Source of the DNA: Paraspadella gotoi
Taxonomy: Eukaryota > Animalia > Chaetognatha
Length of the DNA stretch: 64,000 nucleotides
NCBI GenBank assembly: GCA_051294375.1
Contig: CM119267.1
Coordinates: forward strand, 17,769,780 to 17,833,779
Reading direction: 5' to 3'
The position numbers were made by a program, and so were the translations under genes. The notes under the pieces were generated by a model. The model did no database searches and had not been told where the DNA came from. It saw only the letters and a program-made list of their open reading frames with translations. Positions 39,937 through 51,567 of this stretch are shown piece after piece; the stretch's first letter is position 1; every line of letters begins with the position of its first letter.

Positions 39937-39950
39937 CTCTTCTTCTTCTT
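39607..39950 (+). repeat. Direct duplicate of 36305-36655
   Basis: cgggg..taatgaacgca-(GA)n-ctatggaaaggcaaccg...cgctcgaagcgacatcgc...ttttcacatg at both positions. Confidence 0.9.
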
Positions 39951-40108
39951 TCTCTATGCCCGTGTTCTCGGAAGTGCTTTAAAGTTTTTGCTCATTTCTT
40001 ACCTCGAAGGCAATTCTTTCTTTCATACTCATATTTCATTTTAATTTTATGTATGCTTATTTGTCTAGGCCGTTTGTTTCAATTGCTTTTGGCGAACGGA
40101 TACCAATA

Positions 40109-40158
<50 letters not shown>

Positions 40159-42228
40159 GCCATATGGTTCAAAAACAACGGAAAAAAAACCAATTTGGCT
40201 CCTTTAAAAATATTCCTCGTCGTCCTTATGACAAAGATTAATTAACTATTTATTAATTGGACTGGCGATGCCGCACCTGAGCTCTAAGCCGAGGAGATTT
40301 TTGCAGCAACTGCCGCAATTTTTTTTTTAAGTATTTCTTCTCTTCGAGTTTGTCCTACTGTGCAACTACTACAAGAGCTCTCAATGTGACATTTGCGTCT
40401 TTTTTCTAATTTTGTCTTTTGTTTTAAATTATTTTGCATAAAGTCACATATGTCAAGTTGTCAACATATCACCATATAAAATTTGTAAACGCAAAGGCAA
40501 AGACTTAAAAATTTGTGAAAAAAATCTACACTAATTTAAAATATGATATTTTTCGAGAAAATTGTCTCTTTGGCTTATGAATCGTCATTTCTCGCTTTAT
40601 TGGTTCGTTGGTTCGTCCATTTGTCCCTTCGTTCCTTCGATCCTTCGATCCTTCGATGAATACATATTTCCTGGTTGCCTTTCTATTCATTTTCCTCCTT
40701 CTATTATTCCAACTGCAACTGCATCGAGCGTCCGTCTGATCCGATAAATGGATTCCGTTTCCATTCGTAGACGAAACATATTTTTTTTTGCGGGTTTTCA
40801 TAAAGAAAAAAAGATTCTGTATTTCGATGGCAGAAAATATCGGTTTGTATGATTCTCCAGTTTGGGTTTATTTTCCTCTCTCCTCGCTTCCCCTAATTTT
40901 TCTCCTTCATCCTTATTTTTTTAATAATTTCCGTTATCCGTCTTCCGACTTCACTCTCGCTCTTATCGGATTTTTCTCACCTTCACGTTTTCCTCATAGG
41001 CATCTTCTTAATATTACCTTTCCTTCCTTTCCTAAGCCCTCTTACAAGGTTTCTGGGTTACAGGGTTACAGGGTATTTTTTGAATTATCCAAAGTTTGAA
41101 CATAACATAAAAATTATGATTGATTGATTTCAACCACAAGTTATCCCATTTCCCAACTTAAAATAACTCAAAGTACAATCATAATTTTTTATTCATTTAA
41201 ATTATGAAATTAGTTGTTTTTTGTAGTTTTTTTTCGATTCAGTCGTCATCAATCACGCGGTACCACGCCTTACCAGTTAATTCATCTCTATTTTTCCCGC
41301 GTTCTCAAAAGAGAGTGTTGAGAGTGACGAACTCGAGGCTGGGTGTGTCTATTAGAGTGAAAAGCTCGAGAATCGGTGAAAAAAAAATTGAAAAGGAAAG
41401 GAGATCGAGTGAAAAAAAAAACCCCGGAGCCTCAACGAAGCGCGGATTCAATTAAGGGCGGTGGTGGCGCTAATTAATAACAATGTTTGAAAAATAAATC
41501 ATTAATTACGGGATGAGTCTCCGCTAGGACGCGGCGACGCAGCAAAATAAAGCAGCGTCGGCGAAGCGGCTTCGCGGCGGCGAGGCAGCGGCGAAGCGGA
41601 GGAGACGCGGCAGAAACGCGGCAGAGATCCGGCAGCCACGCAAGCGGCGGCGCAGCTTAAGCGAGTGAAGGGGCGTCTTCCCTTTTAATTTAGTTTTCTT
41701 ACCGGCGCCGGCGAGTCGCGGCCCCAGCGTCTATTAATTCCACGGTCGAGCGCCGTAGTTTTCCTTAACCCCAAGCCGCTCGGTCTTCCATTGTCAGGTT
41801 TTACCTTCTTTTTTTTTTCAACTTATTTTCTCTATAAATTTCATCTTTTTTGCTTCTTTTTTTCGTCTCTCTAAACTTTCGGTCTTTACTTTTCGCTTTT
41901 CCAAGGTCCTTTGATCTCGATTCCCGAGTTTAATTGCCTCGCCTCGTCGGTGTCGCTGTCGCTCCCTCCTTTTTTACTTTCCTTTTCCTTTCTCTTTCCC
42001 TTTCCCTTTCCTTTTTTTTTCTTTTCTCCGTTAACTCTCGCTTAAACTTTTCCACCGGCGCATTCTTTCAAAACCTTTAACCTTAACCTATCCACCATCC
42101 ACCTCGCCCACCCGCCAACGTTCTCTTTATTTCCAACTTCATGTTTTCTTCATAGCCCTCTTCTCTTTTATTTCCATCGACAGACCTTTCTCCCTTTCAA
42201 ATCTCCAACAGAGAGAAAGAAGAGAGAG

Positions 42229-42265
<37 letters not shown>

Positions 42266-42422
42266 AGAGAGAGTTTAGGAAAGAGACGAAGAGTGAAGAA
42301 GGAATGAATTAATGCTTCGTGCCCCCGTTTTTAATTCAACTTCGTAAAAACCTGAAACGCCAGAAATTCACGGAAATGGAAAAGAGAGAGAGAGAGAGAG
42401 AAGAGAGAGATGGAGAGAGAGA

Positions 42423-42456
<34 letters not shown>

Positions 42457-42803
42457 AGAGAGAGAAGAGAGAGGAAGCGGGTGGAGGGAGAGAAAGAGAG
42501 AGAAGGAAAGAGAGGAGGAAAGGAACGGAGAGGTAGGTCGGAAGGAGGATATGACGACGTTCGTTTCCTTTCTACCGATATCTATTCTTCGAACTGCGGC
42601 GCGTCATTCGAATCACTCTCGTTCCGGCCTCGATCCTCTTTCTTTCTTTCCTTCTTTACTTTTTTTTTCATTCTTTCTTTCTTTCTTACTTGTTTTCTTT
42701 CTTTCTATTTGCAATCGTTGTTGAAAAGAAAAACTTTTCATTAATCATGAGAAATTCACTTAGTGACACGTACTTTCCCTACTTCAAACAAGCTCACTCT
42801 CTC

Positions 42804-42860
<57 letters not shown>

Positions 42861-42870
42861 TCAGTCTCCT

Positions 42871-44004
42871 CCCCCGGGAAAAGGTTCAAAATAGACTCGA
42901 TCCTGGATAACAGGGTGAACACTTTCCAGCCAAGTGGGTGGGCCCTCTCCTTATTTCATATTGATGAACTCGTCGAGAAAGATTCTTCAAAAAAAATGGA
43001 ACAAGAGGTGAATTGGAAAAGAAAGGTAACGTGGAATATATTGAGGAAAGAGGAATTGAAAAATGTAATAAAAGAAATAAAAAAGGGGGAAGGAGGAAGA
43101 GATAGTAAAAAAAAAGGGAGGAAGCAGGAAGAAAAAGTAAAAAAAGGGCAAAAGGAGGAATGAGAAAGAGACAGAATGAGGAAGATAAAAAGAATAAAAA
43201 AAGGAGATGGAGAAAAAAAAGGAAGGAGGAGGACGAGATAGAGGAAGAGAAAGGAGGAATTAAGGAACAAGAGGAAGAAAGGGGAAGATGAGAAAGAAAA
43301 AGAGAGCAGAGGGAGGAAAAGGAGGAAGAGCCGAGAAAACAGAAAGAAGAAAATCTTAAGGAGGAAAAGTAAAGAGAAAAAAAAAGAATGAGAAAAAAAG
43401 AAAATAAGGAAGAGACTTAAGAGGCGAAAGACATCTGGAGTTGAAAGACGGAACACAGACTGAGTGAACTTGGAAAAGGAGAGAGGAACGTTGAAGGATT
43501 TTAGAAAGTGAAAGAAAATATATTCGAAGAGAATAAATATTAGTGTGTATAAAATGTTGGAAGAAAAAAGTTAAGAAAAAAAAACGGCGAACAACAGTTA
43601 AGACTGAACTCAACTGTAAACGTACTTCATGCGACTCTTTTCGCAAACACGACGAATTGTCGCTAACTATTATCCACTTCGGGATGCGTTTACGTTATCT
43701 TGGTGACGTCATTCTGTACGAGACTTTTGGAATGTTCAATCTTGTTTAACCTTTTAAAAAATTTTAAACTCGATATATACGTATGAAATTTATTAAATAT
43801 TTTATTTATCGATAGAGAGCGTTTGAATAGAAAATCTCGTCCAAAAATTCATATTTTTTGAATTTTCTTTGTTCGTTTATCAAGAATATAATTATTTAAA
43901 AATATTCTTTAATTTATTAATTCTTATTATTTTACTGCTGGTAAGAAAATACCAAATAAATACCACCAATGAATCATATCGCCTTTTCAGGATAGCAGAA
44001 TATA

Positions 44005-44048
<44 letters not shown>

Positions 44049-45160
44049 CGGGTCATTCCGTCTTAAGAGCCAATCTCCGTCGCCATGACTATCACTCTTT
44101 CCGTCCATTTTGGCGTCGGGTAAGTAAACGAGAAAATCCGATATTTAACGAACTTACCTGATCCGGCGAATGGTGTGAAGGCAGCGCGAATGGGAAAGGC
44201 AAAAAAAAAATAAAAAAGGGGGGGAAAAATAGATTAGAGAAAAACCAATACTACTTAAACTATGTAAATACAAAGTAGTGCAAAGAACGTAGTAAATCCC
44301 TATCTAATTTTTAAAATAATGATTCTTTTTATCCAATTGTAAATAAATAAAAAATGTTTCCACTTCATCGATAAGGAAGCCAGGAACTATGGAAGGGATA
44401 ATACTAGACTGTGACTTGATTGAAACCTCGCAGGGCCTTCATATGCTATTATCTTGTTGGAGATTTGCGAGCCTTAACCAACCTGTACAAAGTCAGGTGG
44501 CCAGATGGCATATTCATTGAATGAATGGATGATTTTTATATCGGTCGTAAGTATATATAGTCTCGTCTAGATATATTATACAAATATTAAATATCAGCGA
44601 ATTTCATCTCGATCCAAAAAAAAAAAACCTTGGGTCTATTTTCGCTCCTCTCGTCCGATTCTCCGATCGATTCATCAAAAAAAAAAAAGAAAGAAAGATA
44701 AGAAAAAGAAAGAAAAAAAAATCCAACCGATCGGCGTCCGAGTTATGAGGACCTCTTTGACCGAAGGGTCGGCCGGTCAAAGAAACCGGTCCAACGCCGA
44801 TCGTTTCAGCGCATCGGGTCAAACCCACCCTTTTTTTTTCTTCCCATGACCCTGGAAGAGATGGGTTGTGTCTCTGCGGTCAACACCAAGCACCAAGCAA
44901 TGCCACCAATCGACCGTAGCCACGATTTCTATTTTTTTTTTTTTAAACGCAAACAAATATCGGAGAAAAACAATTATTCATCCAACTTTTTTCCCGCCAC
45001 ATGAGACGTCCGGAAGGAAGCGTCTCTCTCGCCGGGACTCAAATCTTGGAAGGAAAAGGAAAAGAGATATGATCCTAAATGGACGGCGTTGTCAGAATGG
45101 AAAAAAAAAATTGGATAAGGGGGGCGGATGGATGGATGGATGGATAGCTGGATGGATGGA
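42871..45160 (+). repeat. Right arm of the inverted duplication
   Basis: Reverse complement of 37237-39612, embedded in gap-free sequence. Confidence 0.95.
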
Positions 45161-47062
45161 TGGATACAGCAAAAAAAAAAAGGAAAAAAATTCATTCCAG
45201 AAAAAGATTTATTAATCTTTTTAAAGATATTCCTAAGAGTTGCTAATACATAAAAGTAATAAAATGGTAAACTGGAAAAAAAGTTGTGATCGAAATGAAA
45301 GAAAAGGATGAACTGCAACCGGAGCGGACATTGCCTTGGTTCACCTCAGCGAGAAACTTATTTAAAAGAACTTTTTATATCATGATCATCAAATTTTTTT
45401 TAAAAATTAATGAAAAGTAATATAACGAATGACATCGCTTTGTCATCTAGAACGAAATGATAACAATTCGAGGATTTTTTTCTCCTTAAAACCCCAAAAT
45501 GGAAAAAAAAACTATCTTCGAGGAAAAAAAAGAAAAAAACTCCCGCACGAAAATATGCAATAATAAATACGCGATGGACAATATTTTTTTTTTCTTTTAT
45601 CGAAGAGAAGGATATGGGAAGGCTGAGTTTTTTTTTTCGTTGGAAAAATGGTGGTGGTGAGGGTTGTGGTGGTAGCAGAGGCAGCAGTGGTAGCCGTGGT
45701 CATGGTAAAGTATGTAATATAGTTTTTAGATGAGTGGCAGAGTTTGTTCGTTTGAAAGTATTTGTTGTTTTGTAGGTTGTTTTAATAACTCGGTTCCCAG
45801 CCAGTTAGGATGGTCGAACTCGACTACTGCACCACAATAGTCGCCGTCGTCGACCTCGACGTGGCAATCGGGAGACGTCGAGGAGTTATTGGCCGATATT
45901 ATCGCATCAGAATCTATGGCGTGGCAGAAACACTTACTCTTTAAAATGATGACGCTTCGAGTGGCTATTGGTGTTGGCGGAAGCTAAACTTGGAACGCAA
46001 CGGTTCGTAAAATTGAATAAACTATATTTAAGGAAAGACTAAAAAAAAAGTTATGCGTAGTAATGATGATTCCAACACGGGTGTTTGTTTCGACACAAGG
46101 AATCAAATATTTCGTCTATGTTTAATATAATTATGGAAAGATGTCACGGGAGACAAACAGAGCGAGAAACAATGACGTTCGCAAAAGAAAAGACAAAAAT
46201 AATTGTCAACCGGTGACAACGGGTAAATGCTGATGCAGCCGTTATTTGAAAGATTTTCGAAATTATAAGATCAGAATGTTTCCCCCACGAATTCGTTTCG
46301 CCTCTCGATCGCAAAATTGTCGGCTTGGGTCCCGGTCTGAATCAATTATCATTTTCACAATTAATAATGCCTTTTGAATAATTTTTCAATTGTTATAAAT
46401 CAGGCATCTAAATACTGTATTAACAAATATTTTTTAATCTAAAATTGGAAAACGATAATAATACCGACGCCGACAATGGGTCCGAATTAAAGCGACGACG
46501 AAGCGGGGAAAAAAGGATTCAATTAAAAATTCGTAAACAAAAGAGTTTTTGTTTGTTTTTCTTTTCTTTTTTTGCAAACGCAGCAATATCGTCCCTAGTT
46601 AACTGCAGACCATCTGCCGGGAGACATCCAAACGGCTTTTTATTAAAAATTGGGCATAAATGAGTCGGAACTGACTATAAAAAATACAAAATTTATAAAC
46701 GAAAAATACAAATACAAATTAAAAAATAAACGCAAAACGAAGAAGGTTAAGGATAAATTTGAGCTTTAATGCTGGAGCACATAGACTAAGTTTTATAAAG
46801 CATTAAAACGGTTAACTCTGTATAGTGACTTTGTTTCTATAAAAAATAATTCCGCCTAAAATTAACGTTTCGCCTCGACGTTAATTATTTTTCATTCGAG
46901 GAAAAACAAGAAAACGAAAAATCGTGAAAAACAAAAGAAAAACAAAAAGGAATGAAAAATCGGAGGAGAAACAAAAGGAAAATAATTTTATTTTTAGTTC
47001 TTTTCTCTTTTGTTTTTTTGCGGTCTAAAAGTCGCTAATCAAAGTGGAGCGAGAAGACGTGA

Positions 47063-47092
47063 GTCACGTGACGCGAAAGACAAGATGGCGCC
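47063..47092 (+). promoter_or_regulatory. Extended E-box (GTCACGTGAC) next to a YY1/Pho-like motif (CAAGATGGCGCC)
   Basis: gtcacgtgac at 47063-47072 and caagatggcgcc at 47081-47092. Motif match only, no expression evidence. Confidence 0.3.
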
Positions 47093-47669
47093 GAAGCTGG
47101 TTTGTTTTTTGTTTTTGTTTTTTGTGGTCGAAATGTGGGAGGTGTGGGGATGGAAAATGTTAGCCGTGGTCAGAAAAGTTATTTCCGCTTTGCTTTGTTT
47201 GAGAGGGATGCGTGAAAAAAACGGAACCTCTCTCTCTCTCTCTGTCTCTCTCTCTCTCTCTCTCTCCTCTCCCCTCCCTTCCGCCCATTCCTCCCTTATT
47301 GCGTTTTAAAAGTCAAGTTCCAAAGACAACATTGGCTCAGGACTTGGAAGGCGACGACGACGGCTGCGGAGGCGGCGGCGGCGGCGGCGGCTGCGGTGGC
47401 GGCGGCGCAATTAAGCAGATGGAGGAACGGCCTTTCGGGGTCTCTCGCTCGAAGTCCAATCCTTCTTTTATAACGTAACGTAACGTAACGTAACAATGAA
47501 TGTAAGATTTCATCCTAATTCTAAGAAATGTTTTCAGTGTGGACGATGACGAACTGACAATGGTGGTTACAAATAAGAATTGATTTTTATTTTCGTGAAA
47601 GTGTCTTGTTAGAAATAGAAGAATCTATTGAATAAACCGAGTTAAAATGCGTTTTGCAACTGCAAATAC

Positions 47670-47718
<49 letters not shown>

Positions 47719-47882
47719 TTCTTTTTTTTTCTCTCTCTCTCTATTTTCTCTCTCTCTCTCTCTCTCTCTCCTCTCTCTCTGCCAGAGCCTTGAATTCTTT
47801 GAAACCAAGAACCAGCGTCGACCTAGCATTGTTTAAAAATTAAAAAAAGTTAAGCGACGAGACTGGGAGCGGGTGAGTTGTT

Positions 47883-47944
<62 letters not shown>

Positions 47945-48363
47945 TTTCTAAATCTCTTTGTGCGTCTTTCAAATCGCGTGGAAAATTTCATTGACTACGT
48001 TGCGCTGAATTCGTAACAACAACAAAAACAGTCGCGACTTGGACGCTTGCAAATCACCAGTGAAACAAAGCAGGTTTACGAAAGTTTTTTCTGCTACAAG
48101 TGCCTTGTTCATCTGCCACTATAATTTACTTTCAGCCTTTTAGCATCGTATATCATATTAATTTTCCTCTAATTCTACAATGAATTTCATTATTTAGCTT
48201 CTCCGAATTTAAATTTTGTTCCGATGCTGCGACTATTTGCCGCAACTCCCCTTAATTTCCTCGAGATGCTGCAGCGAACCTAGGCGCCGATGCTGCGGCC
48301 GTGGTTAATGTGCCACAACCAGGGACGACTTTGAAGATTCGGCGAGGCGAAACGACGGGTGAG

Positions 48364-48395
<32 letters not shown>

Positions 48396-49367
48396 ATGAG
48401 ATGAAGAAGCAAGGCCGAAACGCGGCTGGGGTCAAATCGACTTTTATAGTACCGTTGTTGAGGCAAGACTCAAGACTGAAGAAAACGGATTACCTTCTAA
48501 AGATAATTTACAGACGGCTACGGCATTTATCTTTGTGACTTTTTCATAGATTTTTATTTTATTTTCCTTTTTTAAATATTTTTCGTTTAATAAACATGTA
48601 CGAACTAGGCATGTATGAATGAGTGAGCCTTTTATTACATAATACATAATGTGAATGTGTGAATAAAGATGGACAGCGACGATCACAGGATCAGCGACAG
48701 AATCGGCCCCAAATGTCGAAACCAGGCCCCCCCCTGCCCCTCCCATTTCCCCCTCGGCCCCTTTTCCGAGTCTGATCCTCATGAGGACCCAATAAAACTC
48801 GGAGCGAGAAAAAGGATGAGGAGAGAAAAAGAGGAGGGGAGAGGAGTAACCGAAAATGAGGGGAAGAAATCTTGAGAAAAAGTAATGCATGACCATGTTA
48901 TGTAGTCACGATGCATTGAAAAAAACCGAAAGATGAGATATACTGTCTGTGTGACTAGAAAAGGTGAGAGGCAGAGAAAGCAGACGAAAAGGAACAAAGG
49001 TCAAATGAAACAAGTGAACAACGGCATATCTCATCACCGAATAAAAGAATTTGTACAATGTGCATAAATTAAATTTTTGTCGCGTCATGGGAACTTTGTT
49101 ATTCTTTCAATTTCCAACAAATCTTCAATATAAATTTAAATTTTCAAAATTTCCAAAAATCCCAAATCCCAGATTTTCCGACTCATCCGCGACGTCGAAG
49201 GGGAAACCGAAAGGCTGTAAAACTTTAGGACCGAATCGAGACCAAAATTTCATTCTTTCCAACAAAAAAAAAGTAGAAATAAAATAAAATAAAATAAAAT
49301 AAAATAAAAAAGAATAAAAAAGAATAAAAAAGAATAATTCGCGGAGAATTTGGACGAAAAAGAAAAT

Positions 49368-49419
<52 letters not shown>

Positions 49420-49868
49420 GTTTGAAATAAGTTTTTATCCTTATCTTAAACGTAAATGTTTTAATCTTTGTCATTTTTTCGTGGCATATATAATATATAT
49501 AATATATACCATATACCATCACCGAATACGAAACAACTAATATATAATGGTTTCCGAGGCTTAAAAATCATTAATTTTGTAGTCATAGGCATAGCACTTA
49601 ATTCTTCCGACATTTGAAAGAGAGAGCGAGCGCTTTTTAATTTTAATTTCAATAACTCGCCACACTTATGTAATTAAATATCATTCCTGTCATATTTGAA
49701 CAGCTATGATAAGTAGCCTACAGTAGCACGGAATCACGGTTACCGTCACTATCAGTATAATCGTCGTCGCCATTTTCGTCGTCATCGATTTGACGTCAGA
49801 AACCGAAGTTTGAAAGTTTTTTCGATATCCGCTGCTTAAAAGCCTCTCACTTTGTGCGCCAAGCGAGA

Positions 49869-49916
<48 letters not shown>

Positions 49917-50464
49917 AGCAGAGAGAGGAGAGAGAGAGATGAGAGAGCAGAGAGAAGAGAGATGGAAAGACAGTCCCTGAGATACAGTTAAAGCTGATCA
50001 TTTTCATTTTTCTGCCTTGCGGCCATTGACTCTTCTTTCTATGCAACGGATTTCATGATCTGGAGAGAGAGAGAGAGAGAGATAGTGGGAGATAAGAGAG
50101 AGAGAGAGAGAGAGAATCTTTTACCATGGCAGATTCCTTGCGCTCCTGACCCCTTCTTTTTTTCCCTTTCCAGGTATAATTGTTCCAATAAAAGAAACGC
50201 CGGTTACTTTCGCGGTTTCAGGCGGTGACTGCGGCGTCCTTGAGAATTCTTTTTTTCCGTCGGCCCTCAGCGCCGCGTGTTTAAAAACCGGCGTCGCGTC
50301 AGTCCCTCGCTCTGAAGCTTGTCCGGAAAGTAAAGCGTTCGAGACCAAATCTTTTGATTCTGGTATTTTAGTATAATAGAATATCAAAAAGTCGTTTAAA
50401 GTTCAAAAATATTGAAGCAACAAAAGGTAAACAAAAACAAAATACAAAACAACCATTCTCTCTC

Positions 50465-50498
<34 letters not shown>

Positions 50499-51520
50499 GC
50501 TCTGTCTCTCTCTCTCACTTCCTTGCCCTCTCCCCATCTCCCCTTCTTCCCCTCTCCCCTTCTCTGCCTCTTCCCATCTCTCCATCTCTGCCTCCATCCC
50601 TCCTTATCTTTTGACCCTCATCCATATTTCTATGTTTATTTCCCAATTTTATTTCCCATTTTATTATCAGTTTATGACTCGATTTTTTTCTTTCTTTTTT
50701 CTTGCCTCTTTTAGCTGAGCTTCACATTTATTCTTGTTTTCTTTCTTTCTCTCTCTCCTCATCTGCTCTCTCTCGCCTCGGTCTCTCTCTCTCTCTGCTC
50801 TCTCTCTCATCTCTCTACCTCGATCATCATCTTTATTTTCCTCTATAATTCTCTATCATTAGCTTTCTTTTTTTAACGTCACCACTACTTATACAAGTAA
50901 AAATCTATATTTTCTCAATAATTATCTTTTCTAAAGCTTCTTCTTTTTTCTTCTTAAACCGATTAGCAAATGTCATGCTTTTATTCGTAATTATGTTTGT
51001 TATTTTTAGTACACGCTACGTAAGAAAAGTGATAACATTTCTAGAGGTAGGATTTCCTTGATTAAACAGTAATATGTACATTTAATTCGAAAAGAGTTAA
51101 ACATTTTGCTTTGTACAAGGAATTTATTCATTTTCGCCGTTTTCCTTTCGTCAGACTCGTCGGTTCAAATAATTTTTTTTTCTTTCAAATAAAATTTTTC
51201 GATTTGAAAATTATTCCATGAATAATAATAACGTGAGCGAAGCGTGAATTCAGTTTTGACTTTCGCTTTTCGAATCTTTTTTTAATTTCATTTTATTTTT
51301 ACTCCCTTTCTTTTTACATTTCACTTTTTTTTTTAAACGATTCCCTTTTGTTCCGCTAATTCCGCTCTTCGTCCCTCGTCGTCGTTGTTCTCTTTTTTTT
51401 TAGTTCACGCCATCCCCGCTGCGATTCGCTGCGATTCATCGTCCATTTTCTTTCCCGTTCCCCTTCCTGACTTCGGTATCCTTCACCCCAGGGACATCGT
51501 CGGAAATAACAACGAGAACG

Positions 51521-51567
51521 CTTGGGAATCGAACCTGGGATCCTAGTCGTCGGAAAGGCCCACCTTA
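51521..51567 (-). mobile_element. tRNA-derived fragment (probable SINE head remnant), B-box only
   Basis: Minus strand aggatcccaGGTTCGATTCCc matches the Pol III B box / T loop; no A box or acceptor stem. Confidence 0.35.

Noticed and set aside
37237-45160. Autonomous foldback or Polinton-type transposon with 2.4-kb TIRs
   Set aside because: The spacer has no transposase, integrase or polymerase ORF, the left end is an assembly gap, and no TSD is visible.
51521-51567. Functional tRNA gene
   Set aside because: Only the T arm/B box is present; no cloverleaf can be built.
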